From contig OX597816.1 of assembly GCA_951406725.2 (NCBI GenBank), positions 77,562,001 through 77,626,000 of the forward strand: a stretch of DNA of 64,000 nt, written 5' to 3'. Positions within the stretch are counted from its first letter, which is position 1. Every line of letters starts with the position of its first letter. Shown piece by piece: positions 38,878 through 49,420 of the stretch. Both the position numbers and the translations under genes were made by a program. Origin of the DNA: Octopus vulgaris. Taxonomy: Eukaryota. The notes beneath the pieces are model-generated. The model did not search any database. It worked only from the letters and a program-made list of their open reading frames with translations, and was not told the DNA's origin.

Positions 38878-41800
38878 GTTCTGAAATGACATTGGTTCTA
38901 AGGCATTGAAATTTATCATCTTGATAAATATAGTACCAGGAAGCAATAATATGGTAGATGTGAATGACCTAAACCCTTGATTGCAGAACTCTTGCATGAC
39001 TGCTACTGTCCAGTGACAAAGACCAATAAAAGAATGAAAATGAAAAAAAAGATATATGTTTGTGCATGCATGCATGTGTGTGATTGTGTGTAAATAAATA
39101 TAATTATCTTACCTTTTGCAAGGGTGTATAGGTCTACATTATCTGATATGTTCTTTCCTTCTTAAAGATGTGATGGGCACTTGGCTGATATTTCTAGCAG
39201 TTTGTGCTGCCATATAGAATTTCCTAGAATTTATTTCATGGGTTCTCCTACAGCTGATTACATGTGTACAACTGCTATATACAAACTCTCTCTTCACTGT
39301 CTTATTTTCTCTTTAACTCTGTCTTGCTTTGTCTGTTTCTCTGTGTGTATGTTCATTTTGTCATATAGATGTCTCTTTCTGCCTACCTGCCTCTGTTTTT
39401 CTCTCAATCTACCTTACGACCCCCCTCCCCCTCGCATAAAGATAGAAGAAAAGGAAAGAGGTTGTGAAAGGAAGAAGTAAGGAGGCTATCTATGATTCTT
39501 GTAAACTGTAAAAAAAAAAAAAAAAAGCAACTTCTATCATAATCATGGTTATTATACCAACCCTTTTTAAATTTTGGTATGGGTTGCCATCAACTTTTGT
39601 TTTCAAATAAAGTATTTTTATTTCACTGTGTTTATGTTTCTCTTAATCATAGTTTTATGTTGTATGAAAATCAGTCTTTGCTTGGAAAAAACAAACACAC
39701 ACACACACTCTCACTCTCTCCCTCTCCCTCTCTCTTGTACATTCACACATGAGCTTCCATTCAGTTTCTGTTGACCTAATTTCATCCACAAGGCATTGGC
39801 TTAGATATTGGAGGAGACATGCCATGAGGTAAGATGTAAAATCATCTGGTTGCAAAGTAATCTTCCTCACTACATAGCCTTTTCTCTGACTACTAACAAA
39901 GTAATATTTTGATAGTATAGTTTTTTGATAATATAATTTACTCCAAGTCACTCCTGATCAGCAGGCCAATGATCATAGCTTTTCTTCTTAAGGACAGGAT
40001 TACATATAGTATTGTTCTTTTTCTTTTCTTCAAAGTAATAGAGTGGTGTTGTATGAGGAGTATTTAGCTGCTATATATTCTTTTTCTTACATCTATTAAG
40101 AGGAACTGTAACTCAACATTTTATATTGTCTAACAGATAACATCATCATCATTGTTTTAACAGTCACTTTTCTATGCTTGCTTCAGTCGGAGAGAATTTG
40201 TTGAGGCAGCTTTTCTATGTTGAGATGCCTTTCCTGTCGCCCACCACCTATTTCTCCATGGTTTGCCATATATATATGGGGAATTAATTATAAAATTACA
40301 AACAAGTAAACTAAGATTGTCAACAAGGGCTTCCAGTCCTAGAAACCATGCTAAATCAGATTGGAACCTGGTGCAGCCCTCCAGCTTACTAGTTTCAGCC
40401 AAACTGTCTAATCCATGCCAGCATGGAAAGCAGACACTAATGTCTAATAATGTTATCCTTTACTCACAAATCCTTTCCCTATTTATAGTAAAAACATTCA
40501 TAATAAGTAAATTACTAGAAACATTCTAGAGTTTTGAAAATTTTGTTTGGAAAATGTATTTAATATAAGCCATATACAGTGATACAGTAAGTAGAGTGAG
40601 AGCCAACAATGATGTCAGCAACAAATTTTATGTGAGGGTAGGAGAAGTCCATTGAAGTCTAGTCCTCCTCTCCTATTTATTATAGTTTTACAAGCAATCA
40701 AGCAGAGTTTGACCCTTTAGCATTTAAATCATCCATAACCAGCCCAAATATACTACCTATTTTAATCTCTTTTCAGTTCCACCCAATCTACTCTTTAATG
40801 TGAATAGCTGTGTAACTCTTCTACAGCAAGAAACCTGCTCTTTTCTGGTTCTTCCTCTCTCATTTTAACCCCTCATCTCATAGCACAAGGATGCCTCTTT
40901 CTCTACAGTAGCCCCTTTCAGTTGAACTGATCTTAGTCTTGCAGGCTGTTTGTGTCACAAGGGGAAAAAAGAAGCATGTGTTAAGTGGTTGGCATTAGTA
41001 AGGGCATCCAGTCATAGAAACCATGCTAAAGTAGACATTGGAGCATGATGTTGTCTTCAAACCCATCAGATCCTGTCAACCATCCAACTCATGCCAGCGT
41101 GGAACATGGGCATTAAATGATCATGATTTATTGTAATATGGATGGATGGAATATATATTTTAAAATTCATTTATCATTTATTAAAGGTTTACTTTGGTTT
41201 TCTTATATCCTGTGTGTGTGTTAGAATTATTTGTTTTAAAATAACATAATCTCCATCAAAGACTTTTTCTTTTGAGGAAGCTCACAAAACTAAATTGCAT
41301 GAATGTACATTATTCTCTACTTGCAATAATTATCTCTTGTACTTTACTCAAGCTTGTCTATACTAGCTGAGTCTTTATAGAACTAGATAATATTTGGCAT
41401 TTAGCCACAAATTTGTAATATTTTGCAAAAATCATAATTGATTGAATTGACCCAGTATGTTGAAGTAGACATCTTTGATGTGAACACAATCAGGGCCTAG
41501 TAAGAGGGTGCTCAATCAATACATTGGCCAGGAGCCAAGAAAGGACCCTTGATTCCCTTTTAAAAAGAAAAAAAGAAAAAAAAGCACATTGTAATTCCTT
41601 GAGTTTTTAGACCCTCATCCTGCTTCATGGGACCCTGAAAGCATTCTCGTTTCACTTTGAAATTTCTCTTGGAGGTCAAGTATATCATACAAATATAAAC
41701 ATTATAATGACAATAAGAGTTGGGTTCCCACAATGCACTACAGAGAACATGGAAACAGGAACAAAGCACAAAAGTATGACATGATATTGATTGCAGTAGC

Positions 41801-41985
41801 AGTTCAATTTTTAAAAAGTTTTACTCTCATTATTCTAGTCAACTGATAAGTTGGAGCAAAAGAATGGTTAATGTTTAAAAACTGGTTAATGTTTTCAAAA
41901 TATAAGAGATATAATGACTTTATAATCCATTGAATAGAATCTCTAAAATCCATTTTAATGGCTTGTATTTTTTCTTTCTTTGCAG

Positions 41986-42159
41986 TTCTTCAACATGTCC
42001 TGCAATTCTTCCAGTCTTGGAGAAATATCAGGAGAAAAACCATCAACTGCAACATTACAGGCTATCTCAGTACCACATTCTACAGCTGATGGATCTATTG
42101 GCACTGAGGGTATATCTTGGAGTCTTGATGCCATCTTACCAGCAGTACATGGCACTGAG
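41986..42159 (+). CDS. Probable host exon (174 bp, open frame FFNMSCNSSSLGEISGEKPS...AVHGTE), gene unidentified
   Basis: Strong acceptor TTTTTTCTTTCTTTGCAG, donor GAG|GTTTGT, 58 codons with no stop, unique non-repeat sequence, possible start AACATG. Confidence 0.55.
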
Positions 42160-42198
42160 GTTTGTAAAATATGTTTATTGTGTGTATGTGTATGTAAT

Positions 42199-42201
<3 letters not shown>

Positions 42202-42257
<56 letters not shown>
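42202..42257. repeat. (TA)n microsatellite between the exon and the Penelope element
   Basis: Read directly from the sequence. Confidence 0.95.
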
Positions 42258-42337
42258 ATGTATCTTGGATGACACAACAATGCACTATAATAATAATAAT
42301 AGATTATTATAGCTGTTATAATTTAATCATCCATAGC

Positions 42338-42378
42338 CTGATATATTTCGGAATACAAACATTCCTTCTTCAGATATC
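42338..42378 (-). ncRNA. Second hammerhead-ribozyme core motif in the other Penelope pLTR
   Basis: Minus strand reads GGATAT-CTGAAGA-A-GGAAT-gtttgt-ATTCC-GAA-ATATAT-C-AGG. Core and stem II are intact, stem III is palindromic (ATATAT), stem I pairing is poor. Confidence 0.55.
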
Positions 42379-42655
42379 CCTAGGAATTGATCAAGTCACT
42401 GCTATAATCGATTTTCCAATGGATTTTTTTCCTGGAAGCATCTCTGCAGTGGTCTCACAAAGCTCCTTCCGGAATTCCTCATGAGAAGTGCATGAGGGCA
42501 GCCATGTCTCAAGCTTGTGTGTGCTGGGACATCCGTAGCGTTGCTTCTGAGTTATGTATTATACATGCAGTTTTCTTTTTGTTTTTCTTTCATTTTTTTA
42601 ATAAATAATAACAGAGCATATTATCAAAAATGAACTTACATGCATCCAGATGTAG

Positions 42656-44440
42656 CTAAATAATATATTGACTGCCAACCTCCAGCCTGTTGTTAATTTG
42701 GGATCCAAGTCTGTCTATGAGGATAGCTTCCTTAAGTCTTAGATTACTCAAATTTGTTTCATTGGCCTCAGTTGTGACTGTTATGCTTTTGTCAGTGTTT
42801 TGGCATCTTTCTTGATGTTTTCTGAAGGAGGAGGCTCTCGTGTTCAGGTGTTCTTTGATGCGAATGTGTAATGGTCTTGTTGTGCTACCCACATAAAACT
42901 TGTTGCATTTGTTACATTGTATTCTATACACAACATTTAGCCGTTGGCATAAATCTGTGTCACGGATGGGACAGTTTGCTAGTGTGCATTGATTGTTGCC
43001 CCTTGCTTGTTTCTTTGCGAGATGTCTTCTCAGAGAGGGGCTGGAGTGGGCTAGTTATATGTCTAGTCTTTCTTTTCTTATGGCTGTAGTTATCTTCTTG
43101 CTAAAATGGGGTATTTTAAGGAAGCATTTGTTCCTGGGTTTTCTGTGTGTTCGGCGTGTTTGTTGTCTTGGGTACTTAAGCGGATTTACAATGGAAATAG
43201 GATACCCTTTAGTTTCCAATATCTCTAGGAAGTAGTGATAGTGATTCAGTGTTGCTGGGATGTTCGATAGTGAACTGTATGTTCATGTGGGAAGATGTGA
43301 GTATGAGGATGTCACTGCATACCAGGTGAAGAATGTGCATGAGTGCTCGACGTTCCAGATGGTTCATACAGGTGATGGCTAGTAGGCCTGGGAGGCTGGA
43401 TCCCATGGGGAGGCCTGTTGTCTGTTTGCATATGTGATCATGAAAAGAGAAGTAGTGTTGTCCATGATGATGGGCAATAGTTGATGTATATCAGTTGTGG
43501 CAAGTCTGAAGCAGTGGATGTTGGATGCTACTATGCAGTCAGTCAATAGGTTGACTGCTGAGTTTGCTGGTGCCATTGTGTACATTGAGACAATATCAAG
43601 ACTAAAGGCATATCTGTTTTGCCTGAGTTGCTCTGGGAGCAGTTGGTGCAGTCTTTTGATGACTTCATCGGAGTTCTTGATGTGTCCAGGAAAGGTGGAG
43701 AGTATGGGTTTCAGGATGAGAGAAAGTAGCCAGGATATTTTATATAGAGGCCCTTCCATACTGGAGATGATGGGTCTTATCTGGATCATATTGCTATCCT
43801 TGTTTTTTTAATGAGGTGATAGAATCTGGGTAATCTACTGTTCTTTGTGATGAAGTTGTTCTTGTATTTGCTATGTAGTTGTCTCCGTCTACAAATGTCA
43901 GTCCATGCGGTGTTAATTCAGTCCTCAATCCTGGTCACGGTTGTATCTGTCACTTCAGAATATAGCCTGTCATTGCTTAAATGTTCTAGTGCCAGTCTAT
44001 CATATATTTCACAAGAATTCACACAGATTTCTTTCCCTTTATCTGATGGTAAGTAGATATGGTTTTTGTTTTTTAGTTTTGTCAATGTTTTATGTTGCAC
44101 CTTGGTTAAGTTTGGTATTATTTTCGATTCCTTCTTTAAGATGTTTGGGATAAACTGTTTCAGTCTGGATAGTTTGTGTTTGAGTTCTCGGTTGGTTGGG
44201 GGTGGGTGGGTGGAATGGGTGGTCTAGTTGGTACATGGGAAATTTGCTGAGTGTGTTGTTGTTCTTCTTTATCACTGATAGCCATTTGAGTTGGTAGGCT
44301 GTTTGACAAAAGTTGGTTTCCAGGTCAAATAAGATTTTCTCATTCAGCTGCTGGCTCAAGATAAATTTAGGGCCTAGACTGAGAAGTTCTAGTTCTTCAT
44401 AGGACAGTGACCCACTCAAATCTGTGACTAGGGAGTTTTG
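42656..44440 (-). pseudogene. Penelope RT/GIY-YIG polyprotein, frameshifted
   Basis: Colinear fragments 44090-44419, 43918-44100, 43379-43789, 43209-43406, 42656-42931. The YxDD region is degenerate. Confidence 0.88.
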
Positions 44441-44600
44441 TTGTTGATGGTGAGCTGGTGTTACACATTCGCATCAAAGAACATCTAAACACAAGAGCCT
44501 CCTCCTTCAGAAAACATCAAGAAAGATGCTGGAACACCGACAAAAGCATAGCAATCACAATTGAGGCCAATGAAAGAAATTTGAGTCATCTGAGAATTAA

Positions 44601-44821
44601 CCCTTTCGTTACTGTGTTTATTTTGAGATGCTCTGTGTTTCTTTCAATTATTTTAAATATAACAAAGAATTTAGTAAAATAACTTAGTTATCATTCAACT
44701 AGTGTTAGGAACATAAATTGTGACTAAAGTTTGGTGGTATATTTTGATGCAAAACTTATGAAAACAAGACATTTGTACTACAGAGCCAGAGCCGGTTTTG
44801 GCTGGGTTGGTAACGAAAGGG
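44601..44821. mobile_element. piggyBac-family MITE inserted into the Penelope pLTR
   Basis: TIR CCCTTTCGTTAC...GTAACGAAAGGG with TTAA on both sides (44597-44600, 44822-44825). The other pLTR has a single TTAA at the matching site. Confidence 0.93.
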
Positions 44822-45174
44822 TTAAGGAATCTATCCTCATAGACAGACTAGGGCCCCAAATTAACAACAGGCTGGAGGTTGGCAGTCAGTATATTATTTA
44901 GCTATATTTGGATGCATGTAAGTTCATTTTTGATAATATGCTCTGTATTATTTATAAAAAAAAATGAAAGAAAAATAAAAAAGGAAACTGCATGTTTAAT
45001 ACATAATTTAAAAGCTACAGATGTGCCAGCACACACAAGGTTGAGACATGACCGCCCTCACACACTTCTCTTGAGGAGTTCCGGAAGGAGCTTCGTGAGA
45101 CCACTGCAGAGACACTTCCGGAAAAAAAAACCCGTTGGAAAACTGATTATACCAGTGACTCGATCAATTCCTAG

Positions 45175-45217
45175 GGATATCTGAAGAAGGAATTTTTATA
45201 TTCCGAAATATTATATC
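45175..45217 (+). ncRNA. Minimal type I hammerhead-ribozyme motif in the Penelope pLTR
   Basis: GATAT-CTGAAGA-A-GGAAT-ttttat-ATTCC-GAA-ATAT-T-ATATC: CUGANGA and GAAA core boxes, 5-bp stem II, palindromic mini stem III, possible stem I GATAT/ATATC. Confidence 0.65.
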
Positions 45218-45654
45218 AGACTATGGATGATTAAATTATAACAGTTATTATAGTCCATTGTTGTTATAGTGCATTGTTGTATACACAATGCTTCATGCGA
45301 ACTACAATACACTCCTATTTATATATATATAATCTTCTGTCCATTTTCTCTCTTCTACTTTTTTTGTGTACCTTGAAGATATACCTTGATACCTCATCAC
45401 TGCTATTTTTAGCTCTCTTTCCAGCCACTCCCACCTACTACATAATGACGGGTATTCATGTATCCACTATTTCCTTGAAATTTTAAACCTTTTAAGTTAG
45501 GGTTGTGCATTATATATGAGAACTAAATGTGACCCACTTTTTCCCTGGGTCAATATGACTGGAATCAAATTATATCCATTATTCAAACCAACTGACGTGT
45601 AACAAAGAGTTTAAATCACTATATTAAGGTTGGATCTCTCTATGGTAGTGGATA

Positions 45655-46053
45655 CTCTTTTCTCTTTTACTTGTTTCAGTCATTTGACTGCGGCCATGCT
45701 GGAGCACCGCCTTTAATCGAGCAACTCGACCCCGGGACTTATTATTTTGTAAGCCCAGTACTTATCCTATCGGTCTCTTTTGCCAAACCGCTAAGTAACG
45801 GGGACATAAACACACCAACATTGGTTGTCAAGCAATGCTAGGGGGACAAACACAGACACACAACCACACACATACATATATATATATATTTACATATATA
45901 CGACAGGCTTCCTTCAGTTTCCGTCTACCAAATCCACTCACAAGGCTTTGGTCGGCCCGGGGCTATAGCAGAAGACACTTGCCCAAGGTGCCACGCAATG
46001 GGACTGAACCCGGAACCATGTGGTTGGTAAACAAGCTACTTACCACACAGCCA
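45655..46053 (-). mobile_element. SINE family A, young (CpG-rich)
   Basis: Highly similar to the 34191 copy. Confidence 0.9.
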
Positions 46054-46310
46054 ATGTTTATTATATTGTAATGCATCTGTATGTAATAAAGATTTAAATT
46101 TTCATGCTTCTAGTGCACACAATGTTTACAATAGTCACCATACTTCCCAGATTGGAAATTGCTTTGATGAATGTCTAATTAACTACAGCAAAATTTTGCT
46201 CATATTTATTCATATAAAGTAATCAGAAAATAAAAATGACATTGGTAGTAATAAAACACTGTTTATATTTTTATCTAGAAAGAAATTTGTGCTATAAATA
46301 AATACTATCT

Positions 46311-49055
46311 AATACTTAAGATTAGATTAGTGCTTCATCATAGTTTAGCAACCATTATATCAGCCTATGCTCCTCAGTCGGGGCTACCCGATCTACTGCA
46401 GACTACCTCGTTGACGAACGACAGAGACCTTATCTTTGTGGCTGGTGACTTCAATGGTCACGTTGGACGACATGCTGGGGGCTTCCATGGCGTACATGGA
46501 GGCTATGGCTATGGCTCCCGAAACGAGGAGGGAACCAGGCTGCTGGAGTTCTGCGATGCAAATAATCTTATGATTTGCAACACTAACTTCAGGAAACCTA
46601 CCAGCCACCTAGTCACTTACCGATCGGGCCAACATACCAGCCAAATTGACTACATCCTTGCAAGGCCAAGGGAGAGATGGCTGCTTATAAATGCCAAAAC
46701 CTTCCCAGGTGAAGAATGTACCCCACAATATAGACTGGTAGTTAGTGACTTTAGGATCAGGACTAGGAGGACAACCAGAAGACGACCAATATGGAGAAGA
46801 AGGATTGGAAGCTTAAAGATCCTGCAAATGGACAGAGATTTAGAGACATATTACTTGAAGCCTCTGACGAAGTAGAAGGGGATAGAGCATCACAGGGGGT
46901 AGAAGACAGCTGGACGTTTCTAAGGGACAACCTGCTGAGAGCCACTGACCAGATCTGTGGCTGGTGCAAAGTCCCCTCTCGACCTAGAATAACGTGGTGG
47001 TGGAACAATATTGTAGACAGGGCTATTAGAGAAAAGAGACAGGCTTGGAAGGTCTGGAAAAATGGGGGTAGCAGGGAATTGTATCAGACTGCCAAAAGAG
47101 AAGCTAGGAGACAGGTTTATTTAGCCAGAGGGGAAGCAGATAAGAAAAAATTTGCCAATGTTCTGCGCCGTGAGGACCAAAGACTGGAGGTGTTTCGCGT
47201 TGCAAGACAGTGTGTGAGAGAGAATTGTGATGTGGTAGGAGAGAAGTGTGTTCGCATGGAAGATGGTTCACTTGCGCTAAATGAGGATGCAAAGAGAGAG
47301 GCTTGGAGATGCCACTATGAAAGTTTGCTGAATAAAGAAAATGAATGGGATAAAGAGAGTCTGCCGAATGTTGACCCAACAGAGGGACCAGCTATCCGAG
47401 TTGATAGTTCCGTGGTAGCTAAGGCAATTAGAAGCATGAAGACAGGAAAAGCCCCAGGCCCATCAGGAATCACTGCAGAGATGCTCAAAATGTCTGGTAG
47501 TGTCGGCTGTAGCCTAGTCACCCATATAGTTAATCAGGTGATACACAAAGGAGTCATACCCAATGACTGGTGTAGCAGCATAATAGTCAACTGCTACAAA
47601 GGTAAAGGTGACGCCCTAGATACAAATAATTACAGAGGTATCAAGCTGTTGGATCAGGTGATGAAGGTTACGGAGAGGGTCATAGCCCAACTAATTAGAG
47701 AGAGAGTTAGTTTAGATGAGATGCAGTTTGGGTTTGTGCCAGGGAAAAGTACTACTGATGCTATATTCCTGGTAAGGCAGCTGCAGGAGAAATACCTAGC
47801 CAAAGAGAAGCCCCTGTACCTGGCTTTTGTTGACATGGAGAAAGCCTTCGACAGGGTCCCCCGATCCCTTATCTGGTGGGCAATGAGGAAACTAGGGATA
47901 GATGAATGGTTAGTGAGAGCTGTGCGGGCCATGTATAGGGACGCTGCTAGTAGGGTGAGGGTTGGAAACGAGTACAGTGAAGAATTCCGGGTAGAGGTAG
48001 GGGTCCACCAAGGCTCAGTACTCAGCCCCCTCCTATTTATCATAGTCCTCCAGGCAATAACGGAGGAATTCAAGACAGGATGCCCTTGGGAGCTCCTCTA
48101 TGCTGATGACCTTGCTCTAATTGCTGAGTCGCTATCAGAACTGGAGGAGAAGTTTCAGGTGTGGAAACAAGGATTAGAATCGAAGGGCCTCAAAGTCAAT
48201 CTAGCTAAAACCAAAGTCGTAATCAGTAGGAAGGTAGACAAATCACACACGCCTTCAGGTAGATGGCCCTGCTCGATCTGTAGAAAAGGTGTAGGTAGAA
48301 ACTCTATAAGATGCACCAAGTGTAAGCTATGGACACATAAGAGATGCAGCAATGTCAAAGGAAGGCTAACTAGGAAGATGGTTTTTGTATGTGGCAGATG
48401 CTCAGGAACAATAAACACTGAAAATGCTCTGAGACCAACTTCCATCACTTTCCAGGGAGAAAAACTAGAAGTAGTTGATAGTTTCCGTTACCTAGGTGAC
48501 CAAGTCAGCAGCGGGGGCGGGTGTGCTGAAAGTGTAACTGCTAGAGTAAGAATAGCTTGGGCAAAGTTCAGAGAGCTCTTACCCCTGCTGGTGACAAAAG
48601 GCCTCTCGCACAGAGTGAAAGGCAGACTGTATGATGCGTGTGTACGAACAGCCATGCTACATGGCAGTGAAACATGGGCCGTGACTGCTGAGGATATGCG
48701 TAAGCTCGCAAGAAATGAAGCCAGTATGCTCTGATGGATGTGTAATGTCAGTGTTCATAATCGACAGAGTGTAAGTACCTTGAGAGAAAAGCTGGACCTA
48801 AGAAGCATCAGTTGTGGTGTGCAAGAGAGACGATTGCGCTGGTATGGTCATGTGGCGAGAATGGATGAAGATAGTTGTGTGAAAAAGTGCCACACCCTAG
48901 CGGTTGAGGGAACCTGTGGAAGAGGCAGACCCAGGAAAACCTGGGACGAGGTGGTGAAGCACGACCTTCGAACTTTAGGTCTCACTGAGGAAACGACTAG
49001 AGACCGAGTCCTATGGAAGTGTGCTGTGCGTGAGAAGACCCGGCAGGACAAGTGA
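46311..49055 (+). pseudogene. RTE ORF (APE endonuclease + reverse transcriptase + PHD finger), disabled
   Basis: ORFs 46330-46875, 46791-48734 and 48738-49055 join into one protein. Lesions: a 1-nt frameshift near 46806 (expected RRIWKLKD), an in-frame TGA at 48732-48734 (probably CGA>TGA), and an apparent short deletion after GLPD in the endonuclease. Confidence 0.92.
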
Positions 49056-49127
49056 GTCCATAACCCATGGCCTTCTACTTGGGATGGAGCCAGCTTACGT
49101 ATGCATACCTTCCCTTCTTGGGACACA

Positions 49128-49420
49128 AAACTCTACTTGTGAAGACCTGTTGAGGCAAGTGAGGATCAGAATCAAAATCGATCAATGGAAATTGCAGATG
49201 TGTTACCAGTGCCGGTGGCATGTCGATACTCTACTTGTGAAGACCCGTTGAGGCAAGTGAGGATCAGAAATGGAAATCGATCAATGGAAATTGCAGATGT
49301 GTTACCAGTGCCGGTGGCATGTCGAAACTCTACTTGTGAAGACCCGTTGAGGCAAGTGAGGATCAGAATGGAAATCGATCAATGGAAATTGCAGATGTGT
49401 TACCAGTGCTGGTGGCATGT
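49128..49420 (+). repeat. Three tandem ~98-bp repeats in the RTE 3' UTR
   Basis: Unit CTCTACTTGTGAAGACC...TTACCAGTGCCGGTGGCATGT starts at 49131, 49229 and 49328. Confidence 0.93.

Larger units (their letters stand above)
42274..45280 (-). mobile_element. Penelope-like element (RT + GIY-YIG) with inverted pseudo-LTRs
   Basis: Minus-strand ORF fragments carry LLSLGPKF, PSDKG, IRPIIS, HIKNS, SLDIVSMYT, PMGS and the GIY-YIG domain YRIQCNKCNKFYVGSTTRPLHIRIKEH. 42274-42871 is the reverse complement of 44461-45280 once the MITE is removed. Confidence 0.93.

Noticed and set aside
39110-39225. Minus-strand exon-like segment encoding AAQTARNI
   Set aside because: It contains an in-frame stop and may be a tiny mariner transposase remnant; too short to support either call.
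41930-42484. 184-aa ORF
   Set aside because: It runs through a (TA)n tract into the Penelope pLTR; only 41986-42159 in another frame looks like an exon.
47104-49126. Minus-strand ORFs over the LINE
   Set aside because: Antisense shadows of the RT coding frame.
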